DNA from: Thermoanaerobaculia bacterium
Lineage (GTDB): Bacteria > Acidobacteriota > Thermoanaerobaculia > UBA5066
DNA length: 56,873 nucleotides
Reading direction: 5' to 3'
NCBI GenBank assembly: GCA_038319835.1
Contig: JBBQDQ010000004.1
Location: 1 to 56,873, forward strand
A program made the position numbers and the translations under genes. The notes under the pieces were generated by a model that did no database searches, was not told the DNA's origin, and saw only the letters and a program-made list of their open reading frames with translations. Shown one piece after another: positions 17,282 to 26,409 of the stretch; the stretch's first letter is position 1; every line of letters starts with the position of its first letter.

Positions 17282-17695
17282 ATGAAAGGTCTCCGGCTCC
17301 TGCTCCCCGCCCTCTTCCTTTTGGCTGCGTCGGCCGGGCCGCTCGCCGCCGCGGACCTCCGCCCGCTCTCCGCGGCCGACAAAGTGAGGCTCGAGGCTCT
17401 TCTGCGCAACTTCGACCCGGCGACGTACGACATCCGGATCGAGTACTTCGACGCGAAGGGAAAGGTCCAGAAGGCGCGCTACGGCCAGGCGGTCGGCCTC
17501 GGAAGCGTGCGGCAGGGCCCGACCACGAAGGGCCGGACGCAGGCGAGCGCGGGCGACGTGATCATCGTCCACTCGGGCCTGGGCGCGAGCCAGACCGTGA
17601 ACGGGTTCAAGGCGGAAGCCGTCATCATCAAGGACCCCTGGGTCGACTCCCGCGTGCACGAGCTGAACACCCTGCTCAAGGGTTACGCGCGCTGA
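17282..17695 (+). CDS. Small secreted protein (137 aa), unknown function
   Basis: ATG 17282 with GGGAGG upstream. Signal peptide MKGLRLLLPALFLLAASAGPLAAA. High GC3. No Cys. No recognisable family. Confidence 0.65.
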   Translation: MKGLRLLLPALFLLAASAGPLAAADLRPLSAADKVRLEALLRNFDPATYDIRIEYFDAKGKVQKARYGQAVGLGSVRQGPTTKGRTQASAGDVIIVHSGLGASQTVNGFKAEAVIIKDPWVDSRVHELNTLLKGYAR

Positions 17696-17705
17696 GGAGG
17701 CGGCC

Positions 17706-18197
17706 GTGACGCGGCGGGTCCTGGGGGGCGTGGCGGCGCTCCACTTCCTCCTCATTCTCGCGGTGGTCACCCACGCGCGGGCGGCCATGGCGGGCCGGAG
17801 AGCGTTTGCGCCGCTCGCGGCGGCGAGCGACCTCTATGCGACCCTCACGCTCGCAAACCGGAATTTCGGCTTCTTCGCCCCGGACGTCGGCGGTGACCTC
17901 GTCGTGAGGTGCGTTCTCGTCGACGGGACGGGACGGCGCCGGCCGTGGTCGTTCCCGGCCTCGAACCGCGAATTGCAGATTCGCTTCTATTCGATGACGG
18001 GTCACTTCGCGCAGGAAGGGGACACGATGGACCTCTTCGCACGGTCCTGGGCCGTGCGCGCCCTGAACGAGAACCCCGACGCGACGCGCGTCGAGATCGA
18101 CGTGACCCAGCACGAGATCCCGACGATGGCGGAATACCGGAGGGGGCGGCGCATCGAGGAACGTCCCTTCTACGCAACGAGCTTCGAGCGGCGCTGA
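17706..18197 (+). CDS. Membrane-anchored protein (163 aa), possible SdpA-like partner of the HTTM protein
   Basis: GTG 17706 with GAGGAGG 6 nt upstream. One N-terminal TM helix (VLGGVAALHFLLILAVVTHA). '..NRNFGFFAPDVG..'. Lies 5 nt upstream of the HTTM gene. Confidence 0.6.
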   Translation: MTRRVLGGVAALHFLLILAVVTHARAAMAGRRAFAPLAAASDLYATLTLANRNFGFFAPDVGGDLVVRCVLVDGTGRRRPWSFPASNRELQIRFYSMTGHFAQEGDTMDLFARSWAVRALNENPDATRVEIDVTQHEIPTMAEYRRGRRIEERPFYATSFERR

Positions 18198-18202
18198 CGT
18201 CG

Positions 18203-19153
18203 ATGGCCCGCATCCGCCGCGCATTCCGCCTCTTCGCCGCATGGTTCACGGCGCCCGCTTCCCCGGTCCCGCTCGGCGCCTTCCGGATCGCGCTCGCCGC
18301 CTTCGGCCTCGTCCGGATGGTGCCGCTCCGGAATTCAGTTCTCGCGATCTGGGGTCCCTACGGCTTCGTCCAGTGGGCGATCACCCGCGCGGGCCTGCCC
18401 GCACGCGTTCCCCATCTCGGGGACGTCGCGGCTCTCCTCGCGCCTCTCGGCGTCGGGGCGGAGGCGACCGTGTGGTGTGTCGTCGGGCTGGAGGTCGCCG
18501 CCCTCGTCGGGCTTCTCCTGGGCTGGCACACGCGCGCCATGGCGGCCACGGCGTGGGGCCTCGACGTGCTCCTCCTCCATGCGGGAGGCGGGCTCGTCTA
18601 CGGCATGGACGTGTTCACGCACATCGGTCTCTTCTACGCGCTCCTGATGCCCTGCGGGGACGCGCTCTCCCTCGACGCGCGCGCGGGCCGCCGTTCGCCG
18701 GTGCCGGGAGTCGCGGCCGGCGCGACGCGCCGGATGCTCCAGATCCAGCTCGCGATTGTCTACGTGTCCTCGGGTCTCGAGAAGGCGTCCGGCGTCCAGT
18801 GGTGGAACGGCGACGCGATCTGGCGGGCGCTCATGCTCCCCGTCTTCCGCCAGGTCGATCCGTCGGTTCTCGCCTGGGCGCCCGGGCTCGCGACCGCCGC
18901 GGGCTGGCTCGTCCTCGCGACGGAGATCGGCTACGGTTTCGCGCTCTGGAGCCGCAAAACCAGGCCGCTCTGGCTCGCGGCGACGGTCGGGATGCACCTG
19001 TTCATCGGCGCCTTCCTCGGCATGTGGCTCTTCGCGGGGATCATGATTCTGCTGAATCTGGCCGCGTTCGGACCGGAGGCCCGCGTGGACCTTGGGGCGG
19101 CGGTGCGGCGACGGGCCACGCAGGCCACGGCCCTCGCGCTCGGCACCGCCTGA
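18203..19153 (+). CDS. HTTM-domain integral membrane protein (vitamin-K-dependent-carboxylase-like / SdpB-like)
   Basis: Uses the internal ATG 18203 of ORF 17909..19153. 'VPLGAFRIALAAFGLVRMV', typical of HTTM N-termini. Multiple TM helices. 'IVYVSSGLEKASGVQWWNGDAIW'. Confidence 0.75.
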   Translation: MARIRRAFRLFAAWFTAPASPVPLGAFRIALAAFGLVRMVPLRNSVLAIWGPYGFVQWAITRAGLPARVPHLGDVAALLAPLGVGAEATVWCVVGLEVAALVGLLLGWHTRAMAATAWGLDVLLLHAGGGLVYGMDVFTHIGLFYALLMPCGDALSLDARAGRRSPVPGVAAGATRRMLQIQLAIVYVSSGLEKASGVQWWNGDAIWRALMLPVFRQVDPSVLAWAPGLATAAGWLVLATEIGYGFALWSRKTRPLWLAATVGMHLFIGAFLGMWLFAGIMILLNLAAFGPEARVDLGAAVRRRATQATALALGTA

Positions 19154-19172
19154 GCGGGGCAGAATCCGGCCC

Positions 19173-20255
19173 GTGGCCCCCGCCGTCCGCCGCATCCTCC
19201 ACCTCGACATGGACGCCTTCTACACGTCCGTCGAGCAGCGGGACGATCCCGCGTTGCGCGGAAAACCCGTCGCCGTCGGCGGAGACCCGAAAGGGCGCGG
19301 AGTCGTGGCGGCCGCGAGCTACGAGGCGCGGAAGTTCGGCGTCCGCTCGGCGATCCCGATGGCGCGCGCCGTCCGCCTGTGCCCGGCCCTCGTGATCGTG
19401 AGGCCCGACTTCCGGAAGTACGCCTCGGTCTCGAAGGAGATCTTCGCCCTCTACCGCGCCGTCACGCCGCTCGTCGAGCCGCTCTCCCTCGACGAGGCCT
19501 ACCTCGACGTGACCGAGAACGTGTGGAACGAGCCGCTCGGCATGCAGGTCGCGAAGCGCCTCAAGGCCCAGGTCCTCGAGGCGACGCGCCTCACGGTTTC
19601 CGCGGGCGTCGCTCCGAACAAGTTCCTCGCGAAGATCGCCTCGGCCTGGAAGAAGCCCGACGGCCTCACGGTCATCGCGCCCGAAAGGATGGAATCGTTC
19701 CTCGCAAAGCTGCCGGTCGACGCTCTCTGGGGCGTCGGGCCCAAGACGGCCGAACGCCTGCGCGCGATCGGCTGCGCGAAGCTCGTGGACGTGCGCGCGG
19801 CCGACGCCTCGGCGCTCCGGCGCGTCGCCGGGAGCTGGGCGGAGTCGCTCGTGCGGCTCGCGCACGGCGACGACGCCCGCCCCGTCGTGCCCGACCGCCC
19901 CCGGAAGTCCGTGAGCACGGAGGACACGTTCCGTGAGGACCTCGTGGACGTCCGCGAGATGCGGACGATCGTGGAGTCCATGGCCCGGCACGACGCGTCA
20001 TTTCTCGCCGAGAAGCGCCTCGTCGCGCGCACGGTGACCCTCAAGGTGCGCTACGCAGACTTCACGACCGTGACGCGCAGCGACAGCGCCCGGCCGACAC
20101 GCGATGCCGACGAGCTCGCAGCCCGCGCCGCGGCGCTCCTCCTTCGGACCGAGGCGGGAGTGCGGCCCGTGCGGCTCCTCGGCGTCGGCGTGCACGGGCT
20201 CGCGTCTCCGGGCGCTCCCGGCCCGGGCGGCCAGATGCCGCTCTGGACGGACTAG
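19173..20255 (+). CDS. dinB: DNA polymerase IV (Y-family)
   Basis: 'ILHLDMDAFYTSVEQRDDPALRGKPVAV', 'ASYEARKFGVRSAIP', 'SLDEAYLDVT', 'SAGVAPNKFLAKIAS'. The start is set at in-frame GTG 19173 and is uncertain. Confidence 0.9.
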   Translation: MAPAVRRILHLDMDAFYTSVEQRDDPALRGKPVAVGGDPKGRGVVAAASYEARKFGVRSAIPMARAVRLCPALVIVRPDFRKYASVSKEIFALYRAVTPLVEPLSLDEAYLDVTENVWNEPLGMQVAKRLKAQVLEATRLTVSAGVAPNKFLAKIASAWKKPDGLTVIAPERMESFLAKLPVDALWGVGPKTAERLRAIGCAKLVDVRAADASALRRVAGSWAESLVRLAHGDDARPVVPDRPRKSVSTEDTFREDLVDVREMRTIVESMARHDASFLAEKRLVARTVTLKVRYADFTTVTRSDSARPTRDADELAARAAALLLRTEAGVRPVRLLGVGVHGLASPGAPGPGGQMPLWTD

Positions 20256-21571
20256 CCGCGGAGCTTCTTCAGGATCGCGTCGGCCGCGTCCCGCCCGATG
20301 CGGACCGCGTAGTTCTGGCCACGGTCCTCGGGGTAGATCTGCGCCATGCACGCGGACCAAAGCCCCGGGACCGGCGTCTCGAGCGGCGGGAGGAGCTTCG
20401 AGTAGCCCGGAACGACGATCGGCTGGGCGTACTCGGCGCGCCCGATCTGTTTTTTCAGGATCCAGCTTTCGTCGAAGGCCGGGTTGATCCGCTTGAGCGC
20501 GGGCAGGTACTCGGCCCAGAGCTCCGCGTCAGGCTTCTTCCACTTCGGATCGTCGGGGAGGACGTAGTTCGAGACGTAGACGACGTGGCGACCGCCGTAC
20601 TCCTCTTTCGGGATGAAGTTCGTGTGCTCGATGACGCCGCCGAACGGCATCGAGGCGTCCCCGACGTTCAGCCAGTAGTACGGCGAGAGCGAGCGGTCGA
20701 GCTCGAGAATCGGGCAGAGCGCGTGGCAGTACGAGATCGCGCCCCACGTCTTCCGGACGTCCTCCGGAAGGTCCGGTGCGAGCCTCAGGAGCTCCGGGAT
20801 CGCGACCGTCGAGAGGACGAGGTCGAAGGTCTCCGTGCCGCCCGCGAACTCCACGTCGAACCCGCCCCCGGCCCTCTTCACGATCCTCACGGGCCGCGAC
20901 GTGCGGACGTCCCCGCCGCGCGCCTTGACGCGGGCGAGCACCGCCTCGACCCCGCGGCCAAACGAGCCCTTGAGGTAGCCGAGGCGCTCGCCGAGACCCG
21001 TCTTGTCACGCGAGCGTGTGCGCAGCGCGATCTTTCCCCAGAGCCAGACGAGGCCGACGTCCTCGGCGCGCCGCCCGTACTTCTGGACGAGGAGCGGCCC
21101 CCAGACCGCGTCGAGGGCGCGCCCGAAGCCGTTCCGCCGCATCCAGCCCATCGCGGTCTCCTCTTCGAGGGGCTGCCAGCGCGGGTTCTGCCGGAGCTTC
21201 AGGGTCGAGAGGACGAACTGAATGCGCCCGAGGATCCCGAGCGGCGAAAAGGAGAGGAGGGAAGCGGGCGTGCCGAAGTCCCAGAGCCTCCCGCCGGAGA
21301 AGAACCCCATCCGCGACTTTAGCCAGAGGAGGTCCCCGCCGAGGCCGAACTCCTCGGCGAAGGACACGTAGTCGACGTCGCTCGTGAAGAGGTGGTGGTA
21401 GTACCGCTCGAGGGGCGTCCCGGCCACGTCCACGACGCCGACGAGGCCCCCGGCCTCGGGGAATTTCTCGAAGACCGTCACGGGGAGCCCCGCTCCGAGA
21501 AGTCGGTCCGCCGCGACGAGGCCGGCGAGGCCGCCGCCGATCACGGCGATGCGCGGGGAGGCGGCGTTCAC
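20252..21571 (-). CDS. NAD(P)/FAD-dependent oxidoreductase (amine-oxidase / phytoene-desaturase-like fold)
   Basis: GTG start at 21571. Rossmann motif 'RIAVIGGGLAGLVAADRL..VTVFEKFPEAGG'. 439 aa. 'ERYYHHLFTSD'. Substrate unknown. Confidence 0.8.
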   Translation of the reverse strand: MNAASPRIAVIGGGLAGLVAADRLLGAGLPVTVFEKFPEAGGLVGVVDVAGTPLERYYHHLFTSDVDYVSFAEEFGLGGDLLWLKSRMGFFSGGRLWDFGTPASLLSFSPLGILGRIQFVLSTLKLRQNPRWQPLEEETAMGWMRRNGFGRALDAVWGPLLVQKYGRRAEDVGLVWLWGKIALRTRSRDKTGLGERLGYLKGSFGRGVEAVLARVKARGGDVRTSRPVRIVKRAGGGFDVEFAGGTETFDLVLSTVAIPELLRLAPDLPEDVRKTWGAISYCHALCPILELDRSLSPYYWLNVGDASMPFGGVIEHTNFIPKEEYGGRHVVYVSNYVLPDDPKWKKPDAELWAEYLPALKRINPAFDESWILKKQIGRAEYAQPIVVPGYSKLLPPLETPVPGLWSACMAQIYPEDRGQNYAVRIGRDAADAILKKLRG

Positions 21572-21612
21572 GGGCCGAGTCTAGCCCGGTCGGGAGGCGC
21601 CTTTGTGTTACC

Positions 21613-23706
21613 TTGACTCGTCCCGTGACGGCCCTGTCCGCGTTTCTCTTCGCCTCGGTCCTTCTCCTGGCGAGCGCGTCGGGAATGGCCCTGCTCGCCC
21701 GCCTGTTCCGCGGCGACGGGGCGGACGACGCCCGCGCCGAGACTGCCTTCGCCTTTTCGCTCCCGGTCGGCCTCGCGGCCGCGGCGCTGCCCGGGTGGCT
21801 CGTCTCGGGCTTCCTCGCGACCTCGATCCGGTCCCTCGCCCTGCCGCTCGCGGGGCTGACGCTCGCCGCGCTGCTCCTCTGGGGCGGGCGGGACCTTCTC
21901 GCCGTCCTCGCGCGCGGGCGGGCGCTCGTCCTTCCGTTCGTCCTCTTCCTCGCCGTCTTCGGCTTCTTCCTGTGGATCCGGGCGACGTTCGGCGAGATCC
22001 GCCAGACCGAGAAGCCGATGGACTTCGCCGTCCTCTCGGGCCTGATGACCGCTCGCCAGCTTCCGTTCATGGATCCGTGGCTCGCCGGCGCGCGCTTCCC
22101 CTACTACCACTTCGGGACGTACCTCTTCGCGCTCCCGGCGCGTGCGGCCGGCGTGCCGTCCGAGTACGCGTACAACCTGATCGCCGCGCTCCTCCCCGCT
22201 CTCGCCGCCCTCGCGGCCTACGGCGCGGTTCGGGCCCGCCGGGGCGGGCGGAGCCTTGCGCTCCTCGCCGGGTCCGTCCTCGTCCTCGGCGGGACGTTCG
22301 ACGGAGCGCGGCAGGCTCTCGGCGAGAAGCCCCTCGCGGACCTCGACTGGTGGGTGTCCTCGCGGCGTGTCGAGAACGCGATCACGGAGTGGCCGCTCTT
22401 CACGTTCCGCCTCGGGGACCTCCATCCGCACGCCGTGACGTTCCCGTTCCTCGTCGCGTTCGCCGGCCTCGCGGGCCGCGTCGGGACGGTTTCCGGTACG
22501 CTCTTCGACGGCATCCTCCTCGCGGCGGTCCTCTCCGCAAACCCCTGGGACCTTCCCGCGTGCCTCCTCGTGCTCGCCGCCGGGAACCTCATGGAGCGCC
22601 CCTTCCGGCCGGCCGTCGTCCGCAGCGTCTTCTCCGTCCTCCTCTCGGTCCCGTTCCTCCTCCCCTTCCTGCGCTCGCCGCGGCCCGCGCTGCACGGCCT
22701 GACCTTCTGGAAGGAAGCGACGACGGCGGGCGAGGCGTTCCTCCACTTCGGCGTTCTCGCCATCGTGCCGGCGCTCGCGTTCGGCGTCGCGCTCGTGCGA
22801 TCGCAGTCCCGCGAGGACCGTGCGCTCGTCGCCGCCACGGCGTTCCCGGCCCTCGGCATCGCCCTCGCCGTCCTCACGAAGCGGCCCGTGTTCGGCCTCG
22901 CGGCGGGTCTCGCCGCGGGGGTCCTGTGGCTGCTTTTCCGCGAGCCGCACGGGGACGAGGCGCCCGCGCCGACGGGCGCCCTCCGGGCGGGGCTCCTCTA
23001 CGCGGCCGCCGGCGCGGTTCTCGCCTCGGTTCCCGACGTCGTCCTCGTGTCGGACTCGTACGGCGACCAGATGCGCCGGATGAACACCGTGTTCAAGACG
23101 TTCATGGGCGCATGGCCGCTCCTCGTGATCGGGGGTGCACTCCTCCTGCCGCTCGCCCTCTCGACGCGGCGCGCCCGCGCGTTCGTCCGGACCGCAGTCT
23201 TCGTCGCGGGCGCGGGCCTCCTCGCGCATCCGCTCGCGGCGGTCGTCCTGCGGTGGAGGTGGACCGGGCCGGTGGACGGCCTGAACGGCCTCGCCTGGAT
23301 GGCGCGCGAGGCTCCCGGCGACCGGGCGGCCGTCGAGTGGTTGCGCGCGCACGCCGTCGACGGCGCCGTGCTCGCAGAGGCGACGGGGAACGCCTACACG
23401 GACTACAGCCGCATCGGCGGCGCGACGGGCCTCCCGATCGTCCTCGGCTGGGACAACCACGAGGGCCTCTGGCGGGGCGGCGGCGCGGGCCCGGAGCTCG
23501 AGGGCCGCAAGCGCGACCTCCGCCTTCTCTATACCTCCGAGGATTCCGAGCCCGTCTTCGCGACGCTCCATCGCTACAACGTCCGCTACGTATTCGTCGG
23601 GTCCTTCGAGCGCCGCGACTTCGGCGTGAACGCCTTCCCCCTGCGCGCGAACTTCCGGCGCGCCTTCGAGACGAAGGACGCCGCCGTGTACGAGATCCTC
23701 AAGTGA
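21613..23706 (+). CDS. DUF2298 / Chlor_Arch_YYY-family polytopic membrane protein
   Basis: TTG 21613 (alternative GTG 21625). 'QTEKPMDFAVLSGLMTARQLPFMDPWLAGARFPYYHFGTY' (YYxFG motif). C-terminal 'GLPIVLGWDNHEGLWRG'. Clearly paralogous to the middle module of 584..5374. Confidence 0.85.
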   Translation: MTRPVTALSAFLFASVLLLASASGMALLARLFRGDGADDARAETAFAFSLPVGLAAAALPGWLVSGFLATSIRSLALPLAGLTLAALLLWGGRDLLAVLARGRALVLPFVLFLAVFGFFLWIRATFGEIRQTEKPMDFAVLSGLMTARQLPFMDPWLAGARFPYYHFGTYLFALPARAAGVPSEYAYNLIAALLPALAALAAYGAVRARRGGRSLALLAGSVLVLGGTFDGARQALGEKPLADLDWWVSSRRVENAITEWPLFTFRLGDLHPHAVTFPFLVAFAGLAGRVGTVSGTLFDGILLAAVLSANPWDLPACLLVLAAGNLMERPFRPAVVRSVFSVLLSVPFLLPFLRSPRPALHGLTFWKEATTAGEAFLHFGVLAIVPALAFGVALVRSQSREDRALVAATAFPALGIALAVLTKRPVFGLAAGLAAGVLWLLFREPHGDEAPAPTGALRAGLLYAAAGAVLASVPDVVLVSDSYGDQMRRMNTVFKTFMGAWPLLVIGGALLLPLALSTRRARAFVRTAVFVAGAGLLAHPLAAVVLRWRWTGPVDGLNGLAWMAREAPGDRAAVEWLRAHAVDGAVLAEATGNAYTDYSRIGGATGLPIVLGWDNHEGLWRGGGAGPELEGRKRDLRLLYTSEDSEPVFATLHRYNVRYVFVGSFERRDFGVNAFPLRANFRRAFETKDAAVYEILK

Positions 23707-25418
23707 CGGCTGCGACCGCCCCGGCGCCGGCGATGTCCGCTTTCGAGAAGAGGGCCTGGCTCGGCCTGATCGCCCTCTCCCTTCTCCTGCACCTCGCCCA
23801 GCTCGGGACGCACGCGTTCCACCACGACGAATCGATCCACGCGTACGCGTCCGTCCGGCTCCTCAAGGAAGGCGCCTACAAATACGATCCCATCTACCAC
23901 GGGCCCGTGCAGTACTTCGCGGTCACGGCCGTATTCGCCGTCTCGTCCGTCGTCGGCAAGGCCGTCGGTTTCCTGACGGGATTCGCCGCCGCCAAGACGT
24001 GGGACGGGACGTCCGACTTCACGGCCCGCCTCGCTCCCGCGCTCGCCGGCGTCGCCCTCACCGCCATGGCGATCCTTCTGCGCCGGCGATTCGGTTCACG
24101 CGCGGCCTTCGCGGCCGGCGCGCTCTGCGCCCTCTCGCCGAATCTCCTCTACTACACGCGCTTCTGCCGCGACGACGCCTGGAGCCTCATCGGGACCGCG
24201 GGTCTCTTCCTGTGGCTGGACGAGTACCTCGCGACGCGTCGGCTCCGCGATCTGTGCTGGGCGGCGCTCTCGGCGGCCGTCGCCTTCGCGTCGAAGGAGA
24301 ACTTCTACGTCCTCCTCGCCCTCATGGTCCCGTCCGTCGCGGCCGCGTGGATGGAGCCGGGGCGCGGGCTCGACGTCTGGAACCGGCTCCGCAAGCTCAT
24401 CGACTGGCTCGAGGAGAACGCGACCGCCGTCGTCGGCGCGCTCCTCCTCTTCTTCGTGACGTCCGAACTCCTCTACACGGTCTTCCTCGTCCACCCGGAG
24501 TCGGGCAATCCCGCATTCGACGCGATCTCCTACTGGTGGGGACAGCACAAGATGGAGCGCGTCGGCGGGCCGAAGACGTTCTACCTGCCGCGGCTCCTCC
24601 AGTACGAGTTCGCGATCCTGCTTCCGGCGCTCGCCTACATCGTCGCGCGGTGGCGGCGACTCTCGTTCGCCGAGCGGTTCGTCGCCGGCTGGGCCCTCTC
24701 CTCGATCGCGATGTACGCGTACCTCGGAGAGAAGGCCGGGTGGCTCCTCGTCCACCAGGTCCTCCCGTTCCTCCCGCTCGCGGGCGCCGCGTGGGCGCTC
24801 CTCGCGGAGAAGGGCGCCGCGTGGCGCGTCGCGGGCGCTCTGGTGGCGTTCGCCTCCGTCGTCACGGCGCTGACGCTCTCGTTCGTCTATCCGGTCCTGA
24901 CGCCGAACTCCCGCAAGGCCGAGTCCACGATCCAGGTCCAGACGTGTCCCGAGGTGCTCGGCATCGTCGACGAGATCCTCCGGTCCGGCCGCGCCGGCGA
25001 GGTGCCCGCGGCGATCGTGTCGGGTGAGGCCGGCTGGCCCCTGAGCTGGTACGTGCGCATTGCACCCGTGAACTGGCAGGCCCCGACCGGCGAGCTCCAC
25101 CCGCCCATCGTCGTCTGCGACGACGCCGACGCCGACAAGCAGGCGCAGGTCCTCGGGCCCGGGTACGCGCGGGACCACGTTCCGTTCCGGGCGTGGTGGA
25201 TTCCCGACACGGCGCTGTCCCCGCTGCGCCCGAGCCCGGGCCAGCTCCTCCGCTACCTCTTCACGCGCGACGCGTGGGACCGCGAGGACGGCAACAACCC
25301 GATCGGCGCCGTGTACGTGACCGTCTTCCGCCGGCAGTATCCCGCGGGGTCCCCGCCGCCCGCGCCGGCCCCGCCGCCGCAGGCGCCCGCGCCCGCGGAG
25401 CCGAAGACCGCGTCATGA
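23703..25418 (+). CDS. GT-C-like polytopic membrane protein (TIGR03663-like; PMT_2-related)
   Basis: In ORF 21603..25418. GTG 23703 overlaps the upstream stop (GTGA); alternative ATG at 23733. 'LGTHAFHHDESIHAYASVRLL..YDPIYHGPVQYF'. Many TM helices. Soluble C-terminal part with a Pro-rich tail. Confidence 0.75.
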   Translation: MTAATAPAPAMSAFEKRAWLGLIALSLLLHLAQLGTHAFHHDESIHAYASVRLLKEGAYKYDPIYHGPVQYFAVTAVFAVSSVVGKAVGFLTGFAAAKTWDGTSDFTARLAPALAGVALTAMAILLRRRFGSRAAFAAGALCALSPNLLYYTRFCRDDAWSLIGTAGLFLWLDEYLATRRLRDLCWAALSAAVAFASKENFYVLLALMVPSVAAAWMEPGRGLDVWNRLRKLIDWLEENATAVVGALLLFFVTSELLYTVFLVHPESGNPAFDAISYWWGQHKMERVGGPKTFYLPRLLQYEFAILLPALAYIVARWRRLSFAERFVAGWALSSIAMYAYLGEKAGWLLVHQVLPFLPLAGAAWALLAEKGAAWRVAGALVAFASVVTALTLSFVYPVLTPNSRKAESTIQVQTCPEVLGIVDEILRSGRAGEVPAAIVSGEAGWPLSWYVRIAPVNWQAPTGELHPPIVVCDDADADKQAQVLGPGYARDHVPFRAWWIPDTALSPLRPSPGQLLRYLFTRDAWDREDGNNPIGAVYVTVFRRQYPAGSPPPAPAPPPQAPAPAEPKTAS

Positions 25419-26365
25419 CCGCCTCCGCGGGCTTCCCCGAGATCTCCGTGGCCCTTCCGGTCTTCAACGAGGCCGACAACCTCGACGAGCTGAAGGAGCG
25501 TCTCGTGAAGGCGCTCGACGCCGCGGGCCGCGCCTGGGAGATCGTCTTCGTCGACGACGGCAGCCGGGACGGATCGTTCGAGAAGATGGCCGCGTTCGCG
25601 CGCGCGGACCGGCGCATCCGCGCCATCCGCTTCTCGCGGAACTTCGGCCACCAGATGGCGCTCACGGCGGGCGTCGACGCGGCGCGGGGACGGATCGTCG
25701 CCGTCATGGACGCCGACCTGCAGGACCCGCCCGAGCTCCTCGGCGAGATGCTGAAGAAGGTCGATGAGGGCTACGAGGTCGTCTACGCGCAGCGGACGAA
25801 GCGCGAGGGCGAGAGCGCCTTCAAGCTCTGGACCGCGCACGTCTTCTACCGGCTCCTCGAGCGGTGGACGAACGTCGACATCCCCGTGGACGTCGGCGAC
25901 TTCCGGCTCATGGGCCCGAAGGCCGTGGCCGCGTTCCGGCGGCTGCGCGAGCGGCACCGTTTCATCCGCGGGATGACCGCGTGGGTCGGCTTCCGGCAGG
26001 TCGGCGTCCCCTACGTCCGCCCGCCCCGGACGCGCGGCGAGACGAAATTCCCGCTCCGCAAGATGCTCCGCTTTGCGCTGGACGGCCTCACGTCGTTCAG
26101 CCACGTCCCGCTCCAGCTTGCGACGTGGCTCGGCTTCCTCGTGTCGGCTTTCGCCTTCCTCTACATCCTCGTCGTCCTCGGGCTCTGGATCCTCCGGATC
26201 AACGTCCCCGGCTGGACGACGCTCATGGTGTTCGTCCTCCTCCTCGGAGGCGTCCAGCTCATGGTGATCGGCGTCCTCGGCGAGTACCTCGGCCGCGTCT
26301 ACGACGAGGTCAAGGGGCGGCCCTTGTACCTGATCGCCGAAGAGGTTGGCGGGGAAGAGCCCTGA
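25415..26365 (+). CDS. GT2 polyprenyl-phosphate glycosyltransferase (DPM1/GtrB/ArnC-like)
   Basis: ATG 25415 overlaps the upstream stop (ATGA). 'VALPVFNEADNL', 'VFVDDGSRDGS', 'VMDADLQDPPE' (DxD). Two C-terminal TM helices. Confidence 0.9.
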   Translation: MTASAGFPEISVALPVFNEADNLDELKERLVKALDAAGRAWEIVFVDDGSRDGSFEKMAAFARADRRIRAIRFSRNFGHQMALTAGVDAARGRIVAVMDADLQDPPELLGEMLKKVDEGYEVVYAQRTKREGESAFKLWTAHVFYRLLERWTNVDIPVDVGDFRLMGPKAVAAFRRLRERHRFIRGMTAWVGFRQVGVPYVRPPRTRGETKFPLRKMLRFALDGLTSFSHVPLQLATWLGFLVSAFAFLYILVVLGLWILRINVPGWTTLMVFVLLLGGVQLMVIGVLGEYLGRVYDEVKGRPLYLIAEEVGGEEP

Positions 26366-26409
26366 GGCGGAATCTCCCGACGTTGAGATTTGTTCTACCC
26401 TGAGCGGGG

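Noticed and set aside
19173-20255. dinB as a functional member of the secreted-protein/HTTM cluster, since it starts 19 nt after the HTTM gene.
   Set aside because: DNA polymerase IV is an unrelated, well-understood function. The proximity is most simply read as operon packing in a compact genome.
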